Assembly: GCF_052425735.1 (NCBI RefSeq)
Contig: NC_135762.1
Span: 30,380,001-30,444,000 of the forward strand
Source: Oculina patagonica
Lineage: Eukaryota
Reading direction: 5' to 3'
Length of the DNA: 64,000 nucleotides
Made by a program: the position numbers and the translations under genes. This document shows, one piece after another, positions 1 to 12,079 of this stretch; position 1 is the first letter of the stretch, and the number at the start of each line of letters is the position of its first letter. The notes beneath the pieces are model-generated. The model ran no database searches and was not told the origin of the DNA. It saw nothing but the letters and a program-made list of their open reading frames with translations.

Positions 1-470
1 TTTATAAACTACAGTTTTTTATTACTACTATACAGGTTTTTTTTTTTTACACAATTTTGCTTTATAATACACGCTTACACACTAGTAACACTACATAACA
101 CTACAAAAAATTACAAATTTTCCGCCTAATTTTGAATTATCCTACTTTACCTACAATACTTACATGTATATGCTTCAAATAAACAGTGCGGATTTAGAAT
201 GTTATAAAAGAAGTCTTACAAAAGGAAAGCCCACGTACGCTGAAATTGGTCTAAGCATTTACTAGCGATTGCACTCTCTCTAAGTAAGTATCTGCAATTT
301 GTTGTGAAGACGAAGAAGAAACAATCGGAAACACAGTTCATCTTGGTCACCATTTGTGCAGAAAATATAGTGCTTTCCCAAGATAATTGCAAGGGCCTTA
401 TGCCGAACTCCAATGAGTGACTCTGCATACCCAGCTACCCTCCTGTATGGAATTGCTATTGTCTTGAGGC
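1..470 (-). mobile_element. 3' end fragment of an L1/Tx1-type LINE in a TDRD3 intron
   Basis: Degenerate minus-strand ORF ends ...RESAIASKCLDQFQRTWAFLL*, which resembles L1/Tx1 ORF2 C-termini. It is followed by a low-complexity TAGTG/GTAAG-rich tail towards position 1. Confidence 0.45.
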
Positions 471-550
471 AAAGCTAAATTCTCAGAACTATCACTAAAA
501 GAATGTATAACAAAGAGTATGGAGAATTAATATTTTGAACTTTTAATTAC

Positions 551-3500
551 CTGTCCATCTCTCCAAGGAGCCAAACAATGGTCACCCTTCTTCCATCCAA
601 CCTAAAAAGAAAATAGTTGTTGTTAATGAACAATTAGATTGACCTTTAAACTACTGCAAAGTGGAAGGTGCGGTGGCCTAATGGTTAGTCTGCTGGACTC
701 CAAATTGAGTGGACTTAACTGGAATTTCCATCCCAGGGGGGGGGGGGGGGGTACTCGGGCTTGTAAATGACTGGAATGATCGAAGGATTTTTTTGGGTTT
801 GAAATTTTCGATTCTTGTATTTTTTGGGGTAAGAAGATTTAGCAAGTATTTTTTGGGGTGACTTGATTCAAATAGGGGATCAAAAAACAAACTAAAGTGC
901 TTTGGCTCGGCCTTGGCGTATTTATGGTATGATGAATACCAAACGTGAGCGTTATTGTCCCTCCTGGCAATTTAGGGGTAATATTTGACAAGGGATTTTT
1001 TTAGGGGTTATTTTTGGTCCAGGGATTTTTTTGGGTAATGTCGGAAGACTTAGGGATTTTTTTGGGTCCTGAGTTTTGCCTTCATTCGATCATCCCCGTC
1101 ATTTACAAGTCGGAGTACCCCCCTGGGATTTCCATAGGTTGGGGTGGGGACATTTAAACCAAAAAAACATCTGTGGGAGGGGTCTGGATATTTTATGGAA
1201 CAATACAAACTGTGAAAGAATTTTGAAACTGTATGTCTGAAACATGAAACACAATGGTTACCTGTGTTGCAGGCATCTGTGTGGCTACTGGTTGCTGAGG
1301 CATGGTCTGCTGCGGTGCCATCGGCTGTTGTGCCATCTGAGCAGGACGGAGTTGGTACACAGGGTATGCCTGGACTGGGGGTTGGGCTTGCTGGGTATAT
1401 TGGTATTCCTGTGTCATGCTTATCTCTGCCTGCTCTCTCCCTCCCTGTTCCACAAACTGTTGAGGTTGACTGACAACAAATTGGGTCTGCGCACGCTGCG
1501 ACTCCATTGCCATGGTAACAAACTGTAGGTGTTGCTGCTGTTGTTGCTGTACGTTAGGAGGGGTTACATTTTGAGGTCTAAACTGTTCAGGTCCTTGGCG
1601 GTAGTTTTTCTGCCACTTTCCCTGTGCGGCATATTGCTGACCAGCATATGAGCTACCTTGAGGCTCCTGAAATTGAACTGGCTGCGGAATCTGACTTGGA
1701 GCTTGTTCCTCTGCATACTCATGGGTAACAGGCACAGCGCTAAACCTTACAATGGCGTTGTCTTCCTGGGCTACAGATGGCGGGCTGGCTGGACTGGAAT
1801 ACTCAGCTTCGACCTTGTCATTGTTCACCTCTGCCTCTTGCGGCTGACTGTGATGTTGATAATGCTGATGATGGTGTTGATGATGTTGTTGTTGCTGCTG
1901 CTGCCGTTGTTGCTGCTGTTGCTGTTGTTTCTTCTGAAGTCTTGGCGGTAAACTTTGATTATATTGTCTAGACTCATGATCATGCCTTCTAGAACCTTTC
2001 CCCTTTGCTTGCCCAGGATTCTGCTGTTGCTTATAATATTGTTCCCTCTGTTGTTTGGACTGCTGCCTTCCATCTCTGTGATAACTATGTGGTGTTGTTT
2101 CTGGCTTTGGCTTCTCGACGTCTCTTGGAGTGGCATACTCGCCCTGTGCATCACCCTGCTGTAATCTTGGAGGTGGAATATTCTCAGCCTTCTCAACTTT
2201 GGAATCCTGCTTGATATGCTGCTTTGGCTTTGGCTTTGGATTGTCGTTTTCTTGTTTGAAGGGTGGTGGTCTAGGTGGAGGTCGTTCCTGCTGTGCTTCA
2301 TCTGTTTTCTGGTTTTCTGTCAACTTTTGTGGTCTTTGATTTTTTGTATCTGCAAGCAAGAAGTCCCAACACAACAATCAGAAAGCACAATAAAATTATA
2401 TCTCTTTAAACTTCAGTCTAACTACATGTCTACAATTAAAATTTCATCTCTTGACCTTCAGGAAAGTAGCTACGAAAGCACTTAGCTGGCTCATCAAAAA
2501 GCCCAGCTGGCTCTTCTGTCCTTGGCAGCTCTAAAATTAGCCAGCAGCTGGCCCTTAACAACAGCCCTGGATCTCCGCACTTTCAAATCATATTGTACCA
2601 CATGTATCTGTTTCTTAACAGTGAAATACATGTACAACCAACCTTTAACTGTTGGAAATTTTGTTGACAGGAAGTCCCATAAAGCTGGCTCTGATGGTTG
2701 TCTAGCTCTGTAGTCTTCCATATCATCAGTGCCATCACTCTCAGGCCTTCCTCTTCCTATTTACAACACAAAGAAAAGATTGTCTACCAAAATAGTCCAA
2801 AGTAACAACTTAAATTACACATGTTTGCCCTTAACTTATTCAAACAAAACAGTATTCTTATCAATTTTGTTGGGGGGACTCTGAGGTATTTTCTTTGTGA
2901 TAACAGAATTGTATGTCAATATGAAAGATGGTTATTGTCGGTTTAGAAAATACAAGTTATTTTGCTACCTGACTTCAATAAATAAATTGTACATAATATT
3001 ATTTACGGCCATGATGTTAGCCCTCCAACTGCTAAGACATTAGCCCTCCAACTGCTGCGAAAAAAGGCTAACTCCTCTTAAGAGTTTCATTTGGTCTACA
3101 ACTCAGTACAATCATTACTTAACAACTATGTGTATTATTTTCCTTTTTATTCTATTTATTACTTATCCATTTCCTGGCCTACAAGGCCAGCCTAATTAAC
3201 AACAAGTCATTTGTCTTACCAAGTGGTTCACGCCTTCCTCCACGACCTCGTCCCCTTGTACCTCCTCTGTTTGTGTCCTACAAAGTGTAATAACATTAAC
3301 CATAAGGAAGCAGCTTCATAAAGCCATGTTTTTGATCCAGCTTCACTCAGCAGAGTACAAATAGTGCAAGAAAGCAGTACAAATGCCATTTTGTACTCTA
3401 GGAGAAATATAAATGGTTTGATACCATTCCTTAAGTCCTCTAGTTCTATCCAACTATGCATAAGCACTAAGCAAATTTAACGCCAGTATTTTGGAAAGGA

Positions 3501-6500
3501 ATTCATGGGATCATAATCTCTTATAAGCCATTCAATGGGTGTTCAGTATATCATAGATTTTCTTGTCATTTATATTTTGACTCAACCTATGGGTTTGCTA
3601 AAACACTGCAAGATTTGAAAAATTATACTGACACTAATACTACACTATAAAAATTAATTCAATCCCTGAATATGGACTCCTATTTCTTTATAATAATTAT
3701 TATGGTCACTGTAATCATTTTGGTTATCATTACGAAATTGATGTGTGCCTTACACAGTATAACTGAGTGCACTACCCCCCTTCTAAAAAAAACCTCAAAT
3801 CAATGATAGGGGGGAGCACACTCGGCACTCAATTTAAAAATTGAACATGACAACTTCCTATTGTACAATATAAATTTAGTACAAAGATCTCAATTCCCAG
3901 ATAAGTACAACTCCACAAAGCATTTGCCTTACCTGAGTCCTCAAAGGCTGTCCTCTTGCTATTGGTCTTTCTGTCCTCTCACTTTGTTCTGTTCTGCTGT
4001 TGTGTCTGTCGTCACCAGCTTGGCTTCCTTGTCTTGGTCTATCATGATTCAGTGACTCGGAGTTAAATGTTCTAGTCTCTTTTTCCCTTTGATTATTCAA
4101 ACTTGTTCGCCCATCAGCAGTATATCTATTATTGTTTTTCTCATTATTCGCCCTCTTGCTTTCAGTTCTTTCATCCCTTGGATGATTTGGAAATCTCCTT
4201 GCTGTACTGTCTTTCTGTTCTTGATTGGCAGGCCTGTTGTTTCGTCCATTGTCAGAGGTTCTGGATTTCTGTGGAGGACCGCTCCCCTCTCTGCTCTGAG
4301 AACCTTTGGGTTTCTCTGTGCTGGATTGTACAACCCCATTCACTGAAAAATAAGAGAGTGAAATTGTTTTTACTCTTCGTACTCAGTCTAAATACAGGGG
4401 TACCAATATTCTATAGCATGATAAATTTTGGAAAAATTTTTTTCGAGTTCCAGATGGGAAGTACCCTTGGCTAATTATTCAAAAACAGAGTGACTACAAG
4501 AAACAAGCTTGGCTAACAGGATATTGATTGATTGATTGATTGATTGATTTTGGACTAGTTTGAGTTAGTTTGTGATAACATGCATCATATAGCAGACAGT
4601 GTCACGTGAAACAGTGTCATCCTATTAAGTGATTTGTCTTTGTTCTGTCAATGCCTATGGCAATTTTATGTACCAGTCAGTTAAGAAGATTTGTAGTGAG
4701 ATCACAGCAATCTTCTGCTGGTCTGACTTAAGCCTGCTTTATAAAAGATAAGTGTTTAAAATTTCATTTTGAGTAGTGACTTTCAGCCAGAATATTGTCT
4801 TAGAAACTGCAAATGCATTCACACAATTACAAGTATAGTTTTCAAACTTAACAATTTGTTACAGAAAATATCAACTGTCAAATTCTCCAACCTTTAGTGT
4901 TCTCTGCAGTTCGTCCTTTATTCTCACTTCCTGGCTGTATTCCTTGGCCAAAAGGTACAAATGGGGGAGGCCCATCACCACTGACAGTCAAACGAGAATG
5001 TTTGGCTAAGGTCTGTGAAAACAATCACAATCAAATCTTGTATATGTTGCAGTTAATTTTTGATCTTAGTTAATTTTTTATTTTAACTAGTTAGTTTTTT
5101 TTCTAACTAGTTTTTTTTTTATTCTTGGTTAATAAGTAGAAAAAGTAGAACACCTCCCCCCTTGATATCTCATACCCTCCCCCCATCCTTACTAACCCTC
5201 CCCTACTATCTGCTGTTATCCCTCTCCCCTAAGTACTATCATTTATTTTTTTTTATTTTTTACTAACCTGCACTGGATTTGAACTCTCAACCTCTGGATT
5301 TGCTGTCCAACCCCTTATCCACTTTGCCACGTAGGAAACGTTGGGTGAACCACTATTTTTTTAAAATATATGATACCCTAACCCTAACCCCATTATTTAA
5401 CTAGTTAAAAAAATCAACTAGTTAGAAAAAACTAACTAGTTAAAATAAAAAATTAACTGAGATCAAAAATTAACTGCAACATATATTTAAATGGTTCCAC
5501 ATTTTAGTCTGTGAATGAAACCCTTGTGTGTTTAAACTTTCCAGACAAACATTAACAAGATGTTGCTTTTGTTCTTCTGCAACATCCTCTTCTGCAACAT
5601 CCTCTGTTTTTTACTAGTCCACATGACTCAACAAATTGAAACCCACTGTTAGAGATCTACTAAAAAGCCTCTCTCTAAATTAAAGGTTTGACTAACAAAG
5701 GCATCTCTAAAGCCAATATTCGATCTGGTAGTTGCATTCCAATGAAAACAATAGTAAAATGGATAGATGTATTAACAATCATGACAATAATTGATTACCT
5801 TATTCAGCTCCCATTTTTCCTTCAGCTTCTCAACTTCTCCTCCCAAAACCTTCATGTTTTTGGAGTCCAACATAAGGAAACCTTCTTGAACAGTAATAGT
5901 GCCAGTTAAACACACCTTGGTGCCAGGAGGTATTGACAAGCTGTTTGAACAAAAGAACAAAGAACAGGAGAACAAAATTATTTTACTTTATAATATTTAT
6001 AACTTATCATTTCTAACTGTGAGTGCTGGAACAATTCTTATTTAACAGGCAATTGGATTTTCACAAAATCGAACTGTGAAATGATAGTTTAAAATAACTG
6101 AGAACACATAATACATAATTTCAATTGAACTGGTTGGATATAGTCTTATTTGGAGTTTATAACAAAACAGTCTTCTAAAAACACATATTTAGTACCTACA
6201 CCTTATAGCATATTAACAATTTTATTCATAACATATGAAACTGACCCACAATCAATTTCTTGATTAAAATCTATTCCCATCATGTCCAATTTTGATCAGC
6301 TTCAAGTGCACATCACTTCACAACTTTATCACATTTCTTCCTGATTTCAAATTATTTATTCTCTTCTCAAGCATTATAAATATTTTTCATTCAATTTCTT
6401 ATTATATTGTTAGAAATTATGTAAATCCTCTATATTGTAGAATGATCGATGTGGTTTGTAATGTGCAGTAAAATCATTAACATGCATCTGCCATTTCATC

Positions 6501-9500
6501 AACAGATGAATATTTCATTGGTCAATTATATACAGTTTGAAGAACATGTTTAAAAATTAAAGAAAGACCATCAGCATAAACAAGCCACTTGGGCACTGCG
6601 TGACACTGGCACGACCAAGCCCTTTGAACATTGCGTGACAATGGCATGACCAAGCCCCTTGCACATTGCGTAACACTAGCATGACCAAGCCCCTTGCACA
6701 TTGCGTAACACTAGCATGACCAAGCCCCTTGAACATTGCGTGACAATGGCATGACCAAGCCCCTTGAACATAATTTGCTTGACACAAGCCTGACCAAGCC
6801 CCTTGAATACTGCATGACACTAGCATCACATAACCCCTTTTACAGGGCATAATCCTCTCACTAGCTTGACCTACTAGCCCCTAAAGGTCCTTGAACAAAT
6901 TTTTTGACAGGCTTTTAAATTTTATTTTGCAGGTCTTTCCTTCTCCATGGCCACAGTTTGGTAGATATCAAAATAACTAAGGGTGCGTTTCTTTGGGAAA
7001 ATCCAAAATTGGATTATTGATCTCAGATCACACGGATACTTTGCTCCCAAAGAAACGAATAATCCGAAAATGGATTTTTTGCCATGACAACCCCGTAAAC
7101 ACATTTCGCACAGAACATAAAATATCAGCACAAATTTATTTTTCGTCGAATGTATCCTAGCTAAAATAATTTCAGCATGCAAAATCTTTTACAAAAACCA
7201 CACGTCGAAGTAGATCTTCTTTAGCGTTAAGTACAATGTGGCGAGAAAGCATCTGAGAGCGAAGAATGATTGCGAAATGATCAGTGCAAATTTCACTCGT
7301 GACAATTTCAAAAGGATACAACTTCCGTAGGCACACAGTGGCTGTTCTAGAAAACCTGTATCCCGTTTAAAATGATACTACATACCTATCTGAAGCTACC
7401 GTTTCCTTTTATCGTGAAATATTTTTGTCTTTTGATCGAAATAACCGCCTAAAACTTTCCGTATGGCAGTGTTTACAAAGAGCGAACCTGTATTTTCACA
7501 GCAAAGACCGCTGGGCCAAGGTACTTTTTTCGAATCCTTTCCCAAAGAAACGCACGGATCATGAATCCTAAAAATCCGGATTCAGATATGATCTGATGTA
7601 TCCACTCGAAGTGTGGATTCTTCAGATCATTGATCCAAGATTAATCCATTTTCGGATATAGGTAAAGAAACGCAAAATCCGTTTTTGGATCAAGAATCCG
7701 GATTCGGATTTTTCCCAAAGAAACGCACCCTAAGTGACTGCAAACAGACCGGAGTTTTTCACAGAACGCACATTTCACTCCTATAATTTTTACTATAATT
7801 ATTATTATTTTTTTGTCTTTACCTGAGGTCTGGGATGGAAGAAATTTCCAGTGCATGGCATGTCAGGTGTCCATCTGTCAGCTGTATCTTGAGCAGTCTT
7901 GGTGCATTGTTTGACTCTTCATTTGCTTTTGGGGCAGAGATATTACGTAGCTTTTGCACCTGAAGAACCATAGGACCACTGACCTGTTGGCAGTTAAAAT
8001 CAAACTAAAGCAAAATGCACATTTAAGGTCTTGTTCCATTGTAGGTGATTTAATTCTAGTGGATGGCCTTTCAGTATAATTTGTCAAATTTATCCATGTT
8101 TGCCTGCTACTTTTCAGAAACAGACATGGCTACTTGTTTCACTTAAGCAGCAACTATTGTGTCACTTTGCGCAGTTCCGGAAAATGCACCCAGCCAAGGA
8201 AGCACCAGGAAGGTTATTTGAAGTTTTGAGAAGAAGGGTTCAACAGCCAAAGTTTTAAATGACAAGACTGTGCATATAAAAGCTACGTGTAAACTGGTAC
8301 TTGATGAGGTGTACGTGGAGGGTTTTAAATCAAAAAACCTTCCAAGCACTGATAGGGTATGGATATTTTTTTAACAACAAATTAAAAGGTGGATGTGTTT
8401 TAGCAAATACAACTTCAGCATTGACTATGCCCAGTAATAATGATTAAAACAATAAACCAATACATACTGTTTGCAGCTTGCCTTTGTTGATGTCATCGGG
8501 AAGATGCTTCAAGCCATACTGTTTTAAGTCCAGCTGGAGGAGGGAGANNNNNNNNNNNNNNNNNNNNNNNNNNNNNNNNNNNNNNNNNNNNNNNNNNNNN
8601 NNNNNNNNNNNNNNNNNNNNNNNNNNNNNNNNNNNNNNNNNNNNNNNNNNNNNNNNNNNNNNNNNNNNNNNNNNNNNNNNNNNNNNNNNNNNATTAAATG
8701 AGGACAGCCATTAGTGTTTTTCAATGTATCTAAGGTTTGTAAGTGGTAGAAATTTTATTTGCTGTAGAAGGGTGCTGGTATAGGAAAGGATTTTAAACCT
8801 ACCCAATTCCCCCTATTTTCCAAGCTTTTATAGGCAGTAAAATTCACGCCCTATAAAATTTCCGGCCTTAACCCCTACCTGGGGGCAAGGAACTAAGAGG
8901 GTGAAAATTTGTGCAAAAGACAGGGGTTTTACCCAGCTCTTGGCTTTAACCTTCATCCCTGCTTTATCAGCTTTCTGACAAGGAGATCCAGGGGGTATAA
9001 ACCAGTTTTCACACTTGGGGTATCTGAAGCCCAGGAGGGATACTTGCAGTATACATGATGGGGAGGTCCGACGTATTTTTTTGGGTTGAAAATTTACACC
9101 CTCTTTATTTTTTTGGGTCAAGAGATCTGTCATGTATTTTTTTAGGTCTTAAAGACTGTTTGATTGAATAAATCAGTATCAAGGTACTTTTTGGGGAAGA
9201 AATCTTGATGTCAGGTATTTTTTTGGATCTAAAATTTCAGGCTCATGTTTTTTTTTGGGTTCGCAATATGAAGCTCTGTCGGACCCCCCCCCTTGTCATG
9301 TATACTGCAAGTACCCCCCTGGGATCTAAAGTGAACCTAGTATGAGGGTGCTAATGGGGGTACCCAATTGTCAGTTAACTACTAATTTTTAGGCCAATTG
9401 TCAGTTAACTGCTATTTTTTTGGCCAATTGTCAGTTAACTACTAATTTTAGTTATCTATTAACTTTCCCATTCTTATGGTGGATTTCCACTGACGCGTAA

Positions 9501-11889
9501 ATTTTTATGTGCGTGAAAAAAATTAGAGAAAAAATATGAACGACCTGCGTAAACGTGTACGCAAGCCGTTCATACATTGTCTCAAATTTTTTACGCACGT
9601 AAAAAATTACGCGTCAGTGGAAATCCACCATTACAGCGAAAATTATTGTGTCATAACCTATATTTTGTTTACTTCAGCACGTCAGTGATAAAAAATAAAA
9701 ATACAGGCATGCATGACTCTCATGCAAGTGTATTGCCATTTTCATAATTTCGATCTCACGAGTATACCTTTGAAAGACCTAATACCCCTTTTGTATAATA
9801 TTAAGGAAAGTTCTTTGAATATTTTTTGTGCAATGGTTGTTGTTCTATAAAATGCCAATTTTTCATGAGTATTTGCTTCAAGTTCGGACTGTGTTTGGTA
9901 CTGCTGGTTGGTATTGCGTTACAAAAGGCAAGATTTAAGTTTTGGTTGGAGGGTCTACTTCCTGATTTCAAAATTAACTTCCAAGAGAGTTCTTTAGACT
10001 AAGCTTTATGGGTAACCTCTCTCTATAAAATGTGATTGGAAGTGCTTGATTTTTTCCAACCTCGTTCCCAGGGCTTTTCTCTTGATTGGATTTTATCATC
10101 AAATTTTGTTTGACAGGAATTTGTTCTAAGCAGTCTCAGGCGTCCCCTGATAAAACCTTTAATAACTTTTGGTGGGTGACACGAGGAGTAATAAGTGTAC
10201 TGACACAAACCCTGACTAGTATGATGCGTCCGCCATTTTAGTGCCCATGGCAGTTCCGTGTGTAGGCAACAACTTAAAGTCAAATGCACCGAGTCCAAAC
10301 TTTTCCGCTTGTCGTTTGACTGATTTCCATGAAATCGATCAAATGTTTACAAGCTATGTCCATTGAATTGTGCTTTACCATGTCAAGCCGTACGCGAACT
10401 CTGTTTTCGTTTGAATGTCGATCCTTCGTCATCATCTCGATAAAAACTTAGAATAACTTTGACCACACCCGAATTGACGCCATCACCATGCGGAGATCAA
10501 CATGTGCCTGGGACGACTCTGGTACCTTCCGCATAATTATAATATCAGTTAATATGCCACCTGGTCACGCAGCGGGGCAGGTAAATGCCACGAAATGGCT
10601 TTGGTGTTAGGAAAAAACTTGTTGTTTTTATAAGCAGCAACAATCGTATTCAGTAAAATTAATAGAATGTAACTTAATTGTTAACGTTTCATTTATCAGT
10701 TAACTACTAATTTTTTGACCACATATCAGTTAACTACTATTTATTTGGGCAATTGTCAGTTAACTGTTAACCCCATTAGCACCCTCTAGTATAGCTCTCA
10801 GGGCAAGTAACAATGCTCCCTCTTGGACTATTAGACTGTTAGGGACTTAGAAAAGTTTACTTTATCAATAGCTAAACCTGAATATTCTCAGTGTGTAGCA
10901 CCATTATTATAGTTATTGCAAAGGCCCATATATATAACTTTTTCTTTTTAGGCTGTGCTTTTTAATCCTTTTTCAATTCATTCATGCAGGCCCACAAAAA
11001 TATATACAAAGTCCTGAAAAGCTTACAATTGTACAACATGGATACAGACCCATCGTTTATGAAATAATCACTCATTAACCACTTTGTACAGACACATGGT
11101 AGAATGTAAAAAATTACAAGTTTTATGCTATAATATGCAATGCACTTTTTTAGCCGGTTGCTTCCAGATTTTGTTCTGTAAATGCGCCTTTACGCATAAA
11201 ATGGAGCTCCCAGGGTCGTGCAGTTAGCAAATAAGAAAGGTGCGACACGAAAAATAAACTTCATCAGAAAATCAATTGAGAGAAACCAAAATAATGGCAG
11301 GATATTCCATCACAAGCCGATTCACAATGCATTAAACTTTAAAATGTTCATATTTAATGAGCATTGGCCAACAGCCCAAGCGACAAGTAAATTCTGTCTA
11401 GCGGCGTTTTAAGATCCGATTGTACTGTCCGGGACTTGACAATTTGAAAAACAATCCAAACAGAACCGAGCAGAAAAATTTATCAACAACTTGGCGGTAC
11501 ATATTTCATTCGCCGCGTACTCACATTAAGGGCTGCCTTCGTCAGTTCCTGCAAAGATGGCTTCTCTTTGTTGCAAGCCTTTTCACATTCTGCAATCCCT
11601 TCGGAGGAGAGAAACCTGAAAGAGGATACGATCATTTTATCGACAGAAACCACAACAGTTATTAAAGTGAATCGCGCATAAGATCCACTCGACAAGCGTG
11701 AAGCGCACACGAGTGACCGCAAATTCATCAATTTATCACCGAAATGAGCATAAGAAATCAAACGCGCACAGCAAAAAGCTAAGCGCAAAGCCACGCTTTA
11801 TAGAGAATAGACACAAAATATGCGAAATGAAATACTTTACAATTCCAAAAGAGGACCTACCATCCATTTTCTTTCAACTTTGCCTCCAT
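551..11889 (-). CDS. TDRD3: Tudor domain-containing protein 3 (3' end outside window)
   Basis: Phase-compatible GT-AG exons: 11861-11889 ([10 protein letters not shown]), 11525-11615 ([14 protein letters not shown]), 8468-8533 ([19 protein letters not shown]), 7823-7983 ([28 protein letters not shown]), 5799-5940 ([24 protein letters not shown]), 4892-5012 ([10 protein letters not shown]), 3933-4342, 3220-3277 (RGG), 2643-2756 ([13 protein letters not shown]), 1262-2349 (Q-rich), 551-601 ([14 protein letters not shown], start of Tudor). The N-terminus matches the RMI1-like OB fold of TDRD3. Confidence 0.93.
732..1127. mobile_element. MITE with CCCAGGGG..GTACTC TIRs and 8-bp TSD (hAT-like)
   Basis: TIRs cccaggggg..gtactc / gagtacccccctggg; direct repeat ATTTCCAT at 724-731 and 1128-1135. 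Confidence 0.85.
5045..5481. mobile_element. Non-autonomous TIR element with TGT...ACA ends and TATA TSD (Ginger-like)
   Basis: Roughly 65-bp imperfect TIRs (tgttgcagttaatttttgatc..); TATA on both flanks; internal tRNA-like segment and ccctaaccctaacc. Confidence 0.7.
6575..6830. repeat. 35-bp minisatellite, about 7 copies
   Basis: Unit ~gcatgaccaagccccttg(c/a)acattgcgt(a/g)aca(c/a)t repeated in tandem in a TDRD3 intron. Confidence 0.9.
6981..7730. mobile_element. PIF/Harbinger-type MITE
   Basis: TIRs gggtgcgtttctttgggaaaatcc / ggatttttcccaaagaaacgcaccc; TAA on both flanks. Confidence 0.85.
8548..8692. other. Assembly gap (N run)
   Basis: Run of n inside a TDRD3 intron. Confidence 1.
9030..9323. 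mobile_element. MITE, CCCAGG TIR family, 8-bp TSD
   Basis: TIRs cccagg..tacttgcagtatacatga / tcatgtatactgcaagtaccccctggg; flanks ATCTGAAG and ATCTAAAG (one mismatch). Confidence 0.8.
9477..9630. mobile_element. Palindromic Harbinger-like MITE nested in the 9344-10786 element
   Basis: TIRs tggtggatttccactgacgcgtaa / ttacgcgtcagtggaaatccacca; TTA on both flanks. Confidence 0.8.
10085..10215 (-). mobile_element. Degenerate Penelope-like retroelement fragment
   Basis: Translates [29 protein letters not shown], matching the post-RT motif S-x-[18 protein letters not shown] of Penelope-like elements. Confidence 0.65.
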
Positions 11890-12018
11890 GCCACGACGAA
11901 ATTCTTCCACTCGAAGACTCTACAACGAGAAACCGCTGAATGGAAACTGTACGACTGCATGCTCAACCCTGGATCTTGCGAGAAGTCTGGGAAAGAACGT
12001 TTTGCGCCCGTATTAGCA

Positions 12019-12032
12019 GTTACCATGGTAAC
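12019..12032. promoter_or_regulatory. RFX X-box in the TDRD3/CFAP97 bidirectional promoter
   Basis: Perfect palindrome GTTACCATGGTAAC, 48 bp upstream of the ATG of a ciliary gene. Confidence 0.75.
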
Positions 12033-12079
12033 ATGACGTAGCATCGGCGAAGCTGGAAGACAACGGTTCGAAAAGAAAT

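Larger units (their letters stand above)
9344..10786. mobile_element. Composite non-autonomous TIR element with 6-bp TSD
   Basis: TIRs gagggtgctaatgggg / ccccattagcaccctc; TAGTAT at 9338-9343 and 10787-10792; direct tcagttaact repeats at both ends. Confidence 0.8.

Noticed and set aside
1244-2485. Several overlapping plus-strand hydrophobic ORFs
   Set aside because: Antisense shadows of the Gln-rich TDRD3 exon.
5267-5335. Functional tRNA-Cys gene
   Set aside because: Poor acceptor stem, no U33, and embedded in a TIR element. Treated as a tRNA-like relic.
6557-6850. Cys-rich repetitive 97-aa ORF
   Set aside because: Translation of the 35-bp minisatellite; the unit is not a multiple of three.
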